Part shown: positions 27,807 to 36,747 of the stretch, in pieces
How positions within the stretch are numbered: the first letter of the stretch is position 1
How the letters are laid out: each line of letters opens with the position of its first letter
DNA from: an uncultured Candidatus Saccharibacteria bacterium
GTDB taxonomy: Bacteria > Patescibacteriota > Minisyncoccia > Phycocordibacterales > UBA9973
Reading direction: 5' to 3'
Assembly: GCA_964354985.1 (NCBI GenBank)
Contig: CAYHBR010000005.1
Coordinates: forward strand, 1 to 52,454
DNA: 52,454 bases
The notes under the pieces: generated by a model
The model's database searches: none
Told to the model about the DNA's origin: nothing
Seen by the model: only the letters and a program-made list of their open reading frames with translations
Translations under genes and position numbers: made by a program

Positions 27807-28976
27807 TTATACATCAATACCGTAAATGTACAGACAGTCTGCGAGGATTAGTGGTGAAAGAGGTTTTGAAGGGCTACTGTTTTTGAAAAAATCAGTTGCT
27901 ATTATTCCTCCCCACTCTTTCGAGTTGATAGGTGTTTCGAGTATTCCCTTTGTTAAATGCTCATTTGCAATCATTTTTTTAAACCAAGGCAAGGTATCAG
28001 GCGCACCAATAACAAGGACTGGGATGTCCGAGTGGGCGGGTCCAACTACATCTAAAACTCCACCTCTGAGATGCTTTCGCCATGACTTTTCCACAGATCC
28101 GACGATAGTTTCAACTTTATTTTGAATATTTTCATGTGCTCGGCCTGAACTGCACATATTTAGCATAGAAAAAATTTCAAGTGGATTTTGTTTCAATTCT
28201 GAACCCAGAGTTCTTATTAAAAAATTTCTGCCCGAGGGGAAGGTTCCGGCATTTATAAGAATTCCATTTTCTAAATATAAAAGCTCAGTAACCTCACCGC
28301 CTATTGAGATAGTTAGAAGTTTTTTGTAACGTGGAAGTGTCATATACAATGCCCCAGCAAGCGATGCTGATGAAGAAAAAAATCTTATTTTGCCTCGCAC
28401 TATTTTTTCAAGCTCAAGGCAAATATTATCTACAAAGAATTTTGGAGAAAGGCTAGCATAATAAGAAATACTTACTTCTCTCGCTTTTTTATTATATGGC
28501 TCATCTATCTGGTAGCCATTTAGCTTTGTTGCAATAACGGATTTATCAAGCACAGAAAGTGGTTCTCCGAAAACCTCTTCTGCCTCAGTTTTATATCTAT
28601 TAAAATCCTCTTCTATCAGATTGTTGGCAATTTTTTCAGTAAAAGCAAATAATTCTTTTTTTGAATAATATAGGGTTCTGGTTTGGCCTGTAAACCAAGG
28701 TGATTCCAGGGAAATATAGACATGTTCAGGTGTAAAATGGCCACTTCGAAGGAGTGAGTCTGCTACATTTACAGCTGCTCCAATAAAAAGCTTCATAAAT
28801 TTAATCTCATCGTCGTGTATATCCAATTTAATTATTTTTTCTGAGACTTCAATAATATGTGGCCGATCTTTATCAGAAAAAATACCTAAAGCACCAGTGA
28901 CTCTGTCTGAGCCAACATGGAGAATTAAACTTTTCTTTATTTGTTCATTTTTTTTACTTCTCAAAACAAGTGCCAT
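27807..28976 (-). CDS. divergent FtsA/PilM-like actin-fold protein
   Basis: LILHVGSDRV (phosphate-1-like, DIG changed to HVG), ISIGGEVTEL (phosphate-2-like), FPSGRNFLIR, VIGAP. Confidence 0.7.
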   Translation of the reverse strand: MALVLRSKKNEQIKKSLILHVGSDRVTGALGIFSDKDRPHIIEVSEKIIKLDIHDDEIKFMKLFIGAAVNVADSLLRSGHFTPEHVYISLESPWFTGQTRTLYYSKKELFAFTEKIANNLIEEDFNRYKTEAEEVFGEPLSVLDKSVIATKLNGYQIDEPYNKKAREVSISYYASLSPKFFVDNICLELEKIVRGKIRFFSSSASLAGALYMTLPRYKKLLTISIGGEVTELLYLENGILINAGTFPSGRNFLIRTLGSELKQNPLEIFSMLNMCSSGRAHENIQNKVETIVGSVEKSWRKHLRGGVLDVVGPAHSDIPVLVIGAPDTLPWFKKMIANEHLTKGILETPINSKEWGGIIATDFFKNSSPSKPLSPLILADCLYIYGIDV

Positions 28977-29035
28977 TACACTTGAAGTATACTATATGTT
29001 TGAAATTTTTTTATACAAACAGTGGGAAAAAGTAA

Positions 29036-30874
29036 TTAGATAAGTATTGCCTTTATTCTGCGAACACCCTGCGACGAAGCTTCTTCTTTTTGAATTTTAA
29101 AATTGCCCAGTATCCCTGTGTGTTCGACATGGGGACCACCACAAAATTCTTTTGAAATATTCATACCTTTTTCATCTTCGATAAAGTAGACACTTACCGT
29201 CTCGCCATACTTTGCGCCAAACTCCATTTCAGCACCGAGTTTTTCAGCTTCGGCAAGTGGCATTTCGCGACGTACAACTTTATAGTCGTGCTTGATTGCA
29301 CTATTAACAATTTCTTCAACTTTTTGTTTCTCGTCTTCAGTCATTTTACGGTCAAAAGCAAAGTCTATGCGGAGGCGTTCCTCTGTAATATTACTTCCCT
29401 TTTGCTTAACCGACTTACCCAGAACTTCTTGGAGGGCTGCTAGGAGCAGGTGGTGAGCCGTGTGCAATTTTATCGTGGCTTCATTTGTATTTGCTAGCCC
29501 ACCTTTGAACTTTTGTTCAAAACCAACGCGTGATTGTTCCTTGTGTCTTTCAATAAGCATATTGAAATCATTCAAAGCCCCTAGTGAAAGCGGAATATTT
29601 TTTTCTTTGGCTAATTCTAGAGACAATTCTATTGGAAAACCGTGGACGGTGAATAGCTCAAAAAGACGAGCACCGCTTAATTCGTGTAAAATCTTGTAGA
29701 TATCCTTATTCCCTTCCGTAATTGATTTCCCTTTTTCTTTATTAAAGAAAATTTTCATACCACGCTCGAGAGTCTGGCGAAATTTACTCTCTTCACCATC
29801 AATTTCTTTCTTAATATTTTCGCGTTCAGTTGTAAGGTTTGGATTAAACTCGGAAAACTTCGCAATAACTGCTTTCGAAATTGAGAAAAGCGAACCGTGT
29901 GCAAATCCGAGAATATCGGCATAGCGAACAGCACGGCGAAGCAAGCGACGCAAAACGTAGCCGCGGTCTGTGTTCGATGGAATAACGCCATCAGCTATCA
30001 TAAATGTCGCTGTGCGAATATGGTCAGCAACAATACGCTTTGCTTTTTCATCTTTGTTTATAGAAAGCTCATCAATCTTGGCGAAAATTGATTCAAAAAT
30101 ATCAGTATCATACACACTTTCTTTACCTTGTATGACAACCGAGACACGCTCAAGTCCGGCACCAGTATCGACATTCTTGCTTGCAAGTTTGCCGACTACT
30201 TTGCCGTCTTTCTTTTCATATTCCATGAAAACATTGTTCCAGATTTCGATGACTTCCTTGTGATCAGTTGCAACTATATATTCTTCTTTGCTCAAATCGC
30301 CGAGCTTGCCAGTGACATCGTAGAACATTTCAGTGTCGGGTCCGCACGGGCCATTATCGCCTGGACTCCACCAGTTATCAGCAGCACCCATAAAGTAAAT
30401 CCGATGTTCCGGCACACCGAGTAACATCCAGAGTTTTGCGGTTTCTTCATCACGCGGCGCATTTTCGTCGCCTTTAAAACAAGTGAAATAAAGTCGACTC
30501 AATTCAAGTCCAAGACCAGCATCGCCGAGCGGCGCATCTGTTGGGTTCGTCAAAAATTCGAAACTCCACTTGATTGCATCTTCTTTAAAATAATCACCAA
30601 GAGACCAGTTGCCCATCATTTCAAAAAATGAAAGGTGGGTGTTGTCGCCAACATCTTCGAGGTCGCCAGTACGAACGCATTTCTGAATGTTGGCGATGCG
30701 TTTGCCTGCTGGATGAGGTTGCCCGAGCAAGTACGGAACAAGTGGTTGCATGCCTGCAGTGTTAAAGAGTACAGAAGGATCATTCGCTGGCACAAGCGAA
30801 GCTGAAGGCACAATAGTGTGACCCCGTTTCTCAAAAAATGCCAGAAACTTTTGTCTGATTTCGGATGATTGCAT
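29036..30874 (-). CDS. alaS: alanine--tRNA ligase (lacks the C-Ala domain)
   Basis: FNTAGMQP, QKCVR, FFEMMGNWS, GPCGP, DTGAGLER; editing motifs HTAHH and CGGPH; ends at GVRRIKA. Confidence 0.98.
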   Translation of the reverse strand: MQSSEIRQKFLAFFEKRGHTIVPSASLVPANDPSVLFNTAGMQPLVPYLLGQPHPAGKRIANIQKCVRTGDLEDVGDNTHLSFFEMMGNWSLGDYFKEDAIKWSFEFLTNPTDAPLGDAGLGLELSRLYFTCFKGDENAPRDEETAKLWMLLGVPEHRIYFMGAADNWWSPGDNGPCGPDTEMFYDVTGKLGDLSKEEYIVATDHKEVIEIWNNVFMEYEKKDGKVVGKLASKNVDTGAGLERVSVVIQGKESVYDTDIFESIFAKIDELSINKDEKAKRIVADHIRTATFMIADGVIPSNTDRGYVLRRLLRRAVRYADILGFAHGSLFSISKAVIAKFSEFNPNLTTERENIKKEIDGEESKFRQTLERGMKIFFNKEKGKSITEGNKDIYKILHELSGARLFELFTVHGFPIELSLELAKEKNIPLSLGALNDFNMLIERHKEQSRVGFEQKFKGGLANTNEATIKLHTAHHLLLAALQEVLGKSVKQKGSNITEERLRIDFAFDRKMTEDEKQKVEEIVNSAIKHDYKVVRREMPLAEAEKLGAEMEFGAKYGETVSVYFIEDEKGMNISKEFCGGPHVEHTGILGNFKIQKEEASSQGVRRIKAILI

Positions 30875-30875
30875 G

Positions 30876-32642
30876 TTAGTGTTTGATTTTTGTTTTCCTT
30901 ATTAATTTTTCTAGTTTAATAATATCCTGTTTAATACTTTCAAGGCCTGCTTCAAAAAAAGCTGGTTTGCTTGTATCTATTCCTATGGCTTTAAAGATGT
31001 CCTCTGGGCTTTTACTTTCACCAGCCTTAAGAAAGAGCTCAATTTTGCGCATATAATTAGGATCTTCCTGATATTTTTTATAAAGTGCCTTTGAAATAAT
31101 TTGCCCGTATGCATAGGCGTATACATAAAAGAAATTGCGAATGTGTGACCAACTGACAAAATTATAACCGTCTACATCTGACATTTCAAACAATGGCCCG
31201 AGATAAGATTTCATGTGCTTATTCATCATCGTCGCAATTTCCTCTTTTGACATTGAACCTTTTTCACGAATAGTTTTGTGCATTTCTACTTCAAAATTAA
31301 AAAGAGCAATTTGCCTAAATATGGTTTGAACATCATCGAGAATATGATCGTGGAGAGCTATTATTTTTTCCTCTTCAGAAAGTGATTTAAATACTTCTTC
31401 GAACACAAAATTTTCAAATAAAGTACTTGCGACTTCTGCTACAGAAATAGTATGTCCTTGGTAAATAACACTTTGCCCCTTAGATAGTTCACCGTGAATT
31501 GCGTGACCCATTTCATGAGCCAGAGTAGAGATTGATGACAAATCCTCTGTATAATTCATAAGCACATATGTTGGTAAATTTACATTTGTCCAGCAATAAG
31601 CACCGCTCTTTTTCCCTACTTTTGGAAAAACATCAATCTGTCCATTTAAAAGATATTTATCTAATATTGAGGCATATTCATTTCCCAATTTTGAAAATGC
31701 ACTTCTGATGATACTAACTCCTTCATTAAAAGGTATTTTTTTTGAATTTTTACCAACTACAGCTGACCTATCTGCATAAGCTAACTTGGGTAGATTGTGC
31801 ATTTGACTTTTTAGCTTGTAGAAACGATGCGCAACTGAAAATTGCTTTGTCGTTGTCGCAACTAGTAACTCAATCTCTTTTTCAACATTTTGATAGTTTA
31901 AGATGGTAGCGCTATATGGTTTTTCATAGCCACGAAGCTCATCATTGATTTTTTTATCAATAACAACAGCGTTCATTTCACTTTCAGCAAAATCACTAAC
32001 TGATTTATACTTTTCCATAATCTGATTGTGGAGTATTTGTCTTTCTTTGGTTGGCAAATGTTTTACCTTTCCAACTGCTTCAGAAATTGGAATCTCTTTA
32101 CCTGCGAAATTTATTAATAGTTTGCCAAGAATATTTTCCTGACCTGAAATCCACAATTCGCGAGAAGTAAGGTTCTTAAGACTAAGTATCTTTTCTTCAT
32201 TTTCTGATAAGTAATGTTTACTGCGTTTAAAAATATTTTCTAAAAAATATCGGTAGTTTGAAAGTTTATTGTCATTAAGAAATTTTTTTTGTTGACTTTT
32301 AGGAATTTTTGCAATAGATAACTTAAAAAAAAGGATCTTATTCCCCGCCTGTGTTAACCTTAGACTGATTCTATTTTTTGCAGCTTCAGCTATTTTATTG
32401 CCACCGACAACATCTAAGTATAAGTAAAAATATGCTAATGGGTATGGTAAAGCATCGATTTTTTCGTATTCATTTAGCGCAATAAGTAGTTGAGAAGGAT
32501 TATTTAGATATTTACTATTTTTTGAATATTTCTTGCAAAATACCTCGATAGTTGTTTCAAGTATTTTTACATCTTTTTCAATTTTCGGATCACTTGGGGA
32601 CGAATACATCAATCCCAAATTCCAATCAGTTTTATGCTTCAT
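30876..32642 (-). CDS. pepF: M3B oligoendopeptidase F
   Basis: GKKSGAYC, TLAHEMGHAIH, AEVAS, HIRNFFYVYAYA. Start at ATG 32642. Confidence 0.93.
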   Translation of the reverse strand: MKHKTDWNLGLMYSSPSDPKIEKDVKILETTIEVFCKKYSKNSKYLNNPSQLLIALNEYEKIDALPYPLAYFYLYLDVVGGNKIAEAAKNRISLRLTQAGNKILFFKLSIAKIPKSQQKKFLNDNKLSNYRYFLENIFKRSKHYLSENEEKILSLKNLTSRELWISGQENILGKLLINFAGKEIPISEAVGKVKHLPTKERQILHNQIMEKYKSVSDFAESEMNAVVIDKKINDELRGYEKPYSATILNYQNVEKEIELLVATTTKQFSVAHRFYKLKSQMHNLPKLAYADRSAVVGKNSKKIPFNEGVSIIRSAFSKLGNEYASILDKYLLNGQIDVFPKVGKKSGAYCWTNVNLPTYVLMNYTEDLSSISTLAHEMGHAIHGELSKGQSVIYQGHTISVAEVASTLFENFVFEEVFKSLSEEEKIIALHDHILDDVQTIFRQIALFNFEVEMHKTIREKGSMSKEEIATMMNKHMKSYLGPLFEMSDVDGYNFVSWSHIRNFFYVYAYAYGQIISKALYKKYQEDPNYMRKIELFLKAGESKSPEDIFKAIGIDTSKPAFFEAGLESIKQDIIKLEKLIRKTKIKH

Positions 32643-32684
32643 ACAGGAAAAACTATAGCACACTCGCCCTAATCATGAAATATG

Positions 32685-33167
32685 CTACTTATTTGAATTT
32701 TTAGAGCTTTCGTCTATATCCTCAAAAGTCTTTCTAAATCTCTGTTCTACTATCCATATGACAATAAATATGAACAAAGAGATAATTGTCGTCATAATAG
32801 CTAGTCCGTGAAGTCCAAATCCAGCTGCCATACCTATTCCTGCGCAAACCCAGAGACCACTGGCGGTAGTTATTCCGGAAAGCTTGTCGTCCTTAAAAAT
32901 TATTAGTCCTGAACCCAGAAAACCGACTCCGACAACTATCTGGCTAGCGATACGAAGTGGATCAAAAGTGGCATTACCTAAATACAACTGAGAGACAACT
33001 TGAGAAATTATTACAAAAAGAGCTGACCCCATAGAAACCATTGCGTATGTACGCATACCAGCTGACTTGTGTGCATATATTCTTTCGGCTCCAAGAGCAA
33101 GGCCGAGAAGCATGGCGACTGTAAGTCTGAGAAAAATTTCGTATGAAAAAGTTGATGTAATATCCAT
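32685..33167 (-). CDS. MgtC/SapB family membrane protein
   Basis: GAER...AGMRTY, DPLRIASQIVVGVGFLGSG, GITTASGLW. Confidence 0.95.
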   Translation of the reverse strand: MDITSTFSYEIFLRLTVAMLLGLALGAERIYAHKSAGMRTYAMVSMGSALFVIISQVVSQLYLGNATFDPLRIASQIVVGVGFLGSGLIIFKDDKLSGITTASGLWVCAGIGMAAGFGLHGLAIMTTIISLFIFIVIWIVEQRFRKTFEDIDESSKNSNK

Positions 33168-33234
33168 ACGAATATTATACCCTAGTCAAACCAAATCAAG
33201 ATTAAGAAAATGTTAATTAAAAATTTATTTATAA

Positions 33235-34371
33235 TTAAACAATAATTCCTCCGCCTACACATATATTTTTATCATAAACAACTAGTGACTGACCGGAAAT
33301 AATTGGGCCGGGCGATGAGACCAATATGGCTTCCGCAGTGTTACCTGACATTTGGCGAATCATAGCAGAACCTTTTTCCCCGTGATATCGTGACTCGACT
33401 GTGTATATTTTTTTGGGATCTATAAAAGTTCTAAAATTTGTGTCTGTTAAGAAAAACTTATTATTTTTAGCAGAAATTTGCTTTTGTTTCTCAAAAGGAT
33501 TTTCATGTGAGACTGTAATTGTATTCTTTTCAATATTCTTTTCGGTTATATAATAAGCACCGTTATTTGGCGTATGGTTTAATACTGTAAAACCGTGCCT
33601 TTCACCAATAGTATAAAAAGTGGAGCCATCATGTTCACCAATCATTTCACCTTTTATGTTTAAGACTTCACCTTTTTCAACTTCTATATAATTATGAAGG
33701 AAATCTTTCATATTAATATTTCCAATAAAACAAATCCCCTGACTGTCTTTCTTTTCGGCTGTCGGTAGGCCGATTTTAGATGCTAGTTTCCTAACTTCTG
33801 TCTTTTTCATGTCGGCTAGCGGAAAGAGTGTTTTAGATAGTTCATCCTCAGATAACATCCATAGAAAATAAGCCTGATCTTTTGCGGGATCCTTTCCACG
33901 AGAAAGATAGTGGCTACCTTTTGTTTTGTTTGTTTTTTCTTCAGACACTTTGGCATAATGGCCAGTCGCAATAAAATCTGCACCGTGCTTTAGTGCGTGC
34001 TTTAGGAAAACACCAAATTTAATATCGCGATTACACAAAACATCAGGATTTGGAGTCCGTCCGGCTTTGTATTCAGAAATCATCTTTTTCGCAACCAAAT
34101 TCTCATATTCATGGGAAACATCTAAGAATACAAACGGAATGCCTAAATTGACAGCCACACGCATTGCATCGCGTTTTTCATCCCTCCATGTACATTCAAT
34201 AAAGTCCGGTTGCCATGTGCGCATATATACACCCACAACTTTATAGCCTTCTTTTTTAAGTAAATAAGCAGAAACAGAAGAATCAACACCACCTGAAAGG
34301 CCGACGAAGACTAAAGTTTCATTTTTGGGTTTAGGTTTTGGAAGCGCTTTATTCACGTCTGCATTCTGCAT
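33235..34371 (-). CDS. mnmA: tRNA 2-thiouridine(34) synthase
   Basis: SGGVDSS, TPNPDVLCN, ATGHYA, KDQAYFL, DSQGICF, GQSLVVY. Confidence 0.98.
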   Translation of the reverse strand: MQNADVNKALPKPKPKNETLVFVGLSGGVDSSVSAYLLKKEGYKVVGVYMRTWQPDFIECTWRDEKRDAMRVAVNLGIPFVFLDVSHEYENLVAKKMISEYKAGRTPNPDVLCNRDIKFGVFLKHALKHGADFIATGHYAKVSEEKTNKTKGSHYLSRGKDPAKDQAYFLWMLSEDELSKTLFPLADMKKTEVRKLASKIGLPTAEKKDSQGICFIGNINMKDFLHNYIEVEKGEVLNIKGEMIGEHDGSTFYTIGERHGFTVLNHTPNNGAYYITEKNIEKNTITVSHENPFEKQKQISAKNNKFFLTDTNFRTFIDPKKIYTVESRYHGEKGSAMIRQMSGNTAEAILVSSPGPIISGQSLVVYDKNICVGGGIIV

Positions 34372-34392
34372 TATTTTTTTGAGTCTGTAAAG

Positions 34393-35400
34393 TTACTTTA
34401 GGAATTCCGCAATATTCCGCTGATGTTCTGAATATGTTCTCGCGTAGTGAACCAGCCCATCTCTGTCGTGAACATAAAAAAGATAGTCAGTCTTTGTTGG
34501 GCGAAGAGCAGCGGTGATTGAGCGTAAACCTGGGTTTGAAATAGGACCAGGAGGTAAGCCATCATTTTTGTAAGTATTATAAAGAGAGACATCGTCTTTT
34601 ACATTTTGGGTAGTGAAACCAGCTTTTGTTCCTTCGTTTACATATAAAAAAGTAGCATCAACCTGTAGCCTCATATGACGCTTTAGGCGATTCCATAAAA
34701 TACCCGATATCATTTCCTGGTCATCTCGACCATTTGATTCTTTTTCAATAATGGAGGCCATAATTATAATTTCTTTTTCGGTGTGTCCTGAATTTGCGAT
34801 CTCTTCCAAATGTGGTTCGACTTTGTTTTGGAATTCATTAGTCAGCATATCTACAACTTCTTGCGCTGTTGCTGTTTCAAAAAAATAATATGTTTCAGGA
34901 AATAAATAGCCTTCATTTTTTTTACCAAGTTCAAGAAATGCATTTTTATCTAAACGAGGCAATGCTGAACTCAAAATATCAGCCATTTCCATAGAATTTG
35001 TGCCTTCAGGTAATGTTATTTTTGAACGACTAATTCCGTATTTACCAAATGATAATTTTTCTGCAATAGTAATTACTGATTGTGGTGTGTCGAAAAGATA
35101 AAAACCCGAACGCACTCCACGATCACCCGAGAAAATAATCACAAGGGTTTGAAACATAACTGCCGATTTAACTATATGCATTTCTTCCAGCATTTTTCCG
35201 GTTTTCATTATGCTAGTGCCGTGCGGTATTTCAACCAACTTATCAGAAGGAAAATTTTTGGGAGGCAATGAATAAACGATTAGGAAAATTGCAAAAACTA
35301 CAAACAAGACGAAGACAGCAAAAAAATAGCGGATTAATCTTTTTCCTACTCGAGGCACAGTAATTGTAATTGTTTGCTCAGGTATTTCGTCTGGTAACAT
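34393..35400 (-). CDS. mltG: endolytic transglycosylase MltG
   Basis: N-terminal TM, EGYLFPETY, MASIIEKE, LQVDAT, YNTY...GLPPGPISNPG. Confidence 0.96.
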   Translation of the reverse strand: MLPDEIPEQTITITVPRVGKRLIRYFFAVFVLFVVFAIFLIVYSLPPKNFPSDKLVEIPHGTSIMKTGKMLEEMHIVKSAVMFQTLVIIFSGDRGVRSGFYLFDTPQSVITIAEKLSFGKYGISRSKITLPEGTNSMEMADILSSALPRLDKNAFLELGKKNEGYLFPETYYFFETATAQEVVDMLTNEFQNKVEPHLEEIANSGHTEKEIIIMASIIEKESNGRDDQEMISGILWNRLKRHMRLQVDATFLYVNEGTKAGFTTQNVKDDVSLYNTYKNDGLPPGPISNPGLRSITAALRPTKTDYLFYVHDRDGLVHYARTYSEHQRNIAEFLK

Positions 35401-35413
35401 AAAATATATTCTA

Positions 35414-36676
35414 CTACATCGGCAAATTTGCAGGTGGCTCGGTCTTTTTTGATTCTATGCGTTTGAATGTCGGCGTCTCGAGAACGCGTCCAGGGAAATG
35501 GAAAATAGTAGCGAGCTCTTCCGTATTTAAAACGAAAGGTTTGCGACTTATTTTAGTATTTGCCACTCGTGAATATTTCCAAGGGGCATGAAAATAACCA
35601 CGGTTGCGATACGCTTCAAGTATTTCGGACTTGAGTCTAGCTGCCCGCGTACCAGTCATGTCCTGCCACGGATAATCATAACCGGTTAAATTTGCGGGCT
35701 TAAAGGCATTCATATTTCCGGTATTAAAATGTTTCCAAAGACCAAGTAGACCTGTAATATGGATTGGTTTGAAGGTATCTTTGTGGGCTAAATATACTGC
35801 TCTTATCCCAGTATCAAAACCATACTTCGTAATACTGCGCTCTATAGCTGACACAAGATCGTTATCACCTTTTGTTGGATGAGACGGGAATTCACTTCCG
35901 GCTAATGGTTTCTGAAAATCTGCTTTAAGTTTTTTTACGATACCTTTTCCTAAATCTTGCCATTTAATTTTTTTGAAAAAATGCTCTGGGTCTGGATATC
36001 GTCCCCAATTGGCGGCTTGGATAATTATCTGGAGCCACATTTGTTCACCTTTTCCAAGTGAGCCCATATATTCAAGTATTGGAACAATAGGGTCAATCTT
36101 TTCTTCTTCCTCGAGTGACCCAGTGGCTTTATCGAGCCCAAAATCTACATATGTTTTTATCGGATACGGATCTTCTTTTGTTAACACAAAGTCACTGCCG
36201 TACATATTCCAGTCAGCACTTTTGTTGTACGGTGGAATCATATCAGTATAATCTTCCGACTCTGCGACTTCTGCCTGTGGAAATTGAGCATAGAGTTGAG
36301 CCTCTATAATTGGGCGAAACTTTTCCTGTGTCCAAATGAAAAAGAAAACCCTACCTTCGATAGAAACAATTTCTAAAGAAAAATATGCCGGCAAGTTGCC
36401 TAGCCAATATTTTTGTACCCAAGTACCTACACCCCCCGATTGATAAAGCGCATTTTGAAGAAAAATCTCCATAGCTGCTGGTGACTTGAAAACATCTTGT
36501 GGAATCTTGATCTGAAGCAGTGTCCACTTTAGTCCGGCAATATGAACCTTGTGAATATATTTAAGCCAAAGTTTCCAGGCTATCACCGCAAATAAAAATG
36601 GAAGTATGTATGACAGCATTCCGCCAATCATACTAAAGCTATCGCTGAAAATAGTTGTATAAAAATCACCAAGCAT
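35414..36676 (-). CDS. conserved hypothetical membrane-anchored protein
   Basis: 420 aa with an N-terminal TM and FSLEIVS, QLYAQFP, YPIKTY, LNTEELATIFHFP motifs. Confidence 0.8.
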   Translation of the reverse strand: MLGDFYTTIFSDSFSMIGGMLSYILPFLFAVIAWKLWLKYIHKVHIAGLKWTLLQIKIPQDVFKSPAAMEIFLQNALYQSGGVGTWVQKYWLGNLPAYFSLEIVSIEGRVFFFIWTQEKFRPIIEAQLYAQFPQAEVAESEDYTDMIPPYNKSADWNMYGSDFVLTKEDPYPIKTYVDFGLDKATGSLEEEEKIDPIVPILEYMGSLGKGEQMWLQIIIQAANWGRYPDPEHFFKKIKWQDLGKGIVKKLKADFQKPLAGSEFPSHPTKGDNDLVSAIERSITKYGFDTGIRAVYLAHKDTFKPIHITGLLGLWKHFNTGNMNAFKPANLTGYDYPWQDMTGTRAARLKSEILEAYRNRGYFHAPWKYSRVANTKISRKPFVLNTEELATIFHFPGRVLETPTFKRIESKKTEPPANLPM

Positions 36677-36699
36677 ATGATATATAAAATTGTATCATA

Positions 36700-36747
36700 C
36701 TTAAATAAAAAAAGAGTATGTTTTTGCATACTCTTTTTTTATTTAAG
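36700..36747 (-). terminator. long hairpin terminator overlapping the upstream stop codon
   Basis: CTTAAATAAAAAAAGAGTATG-TTTTTG-CATACTCTTTTTTTATTTAAG, 21-bp arms. Confidence 0.8.
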
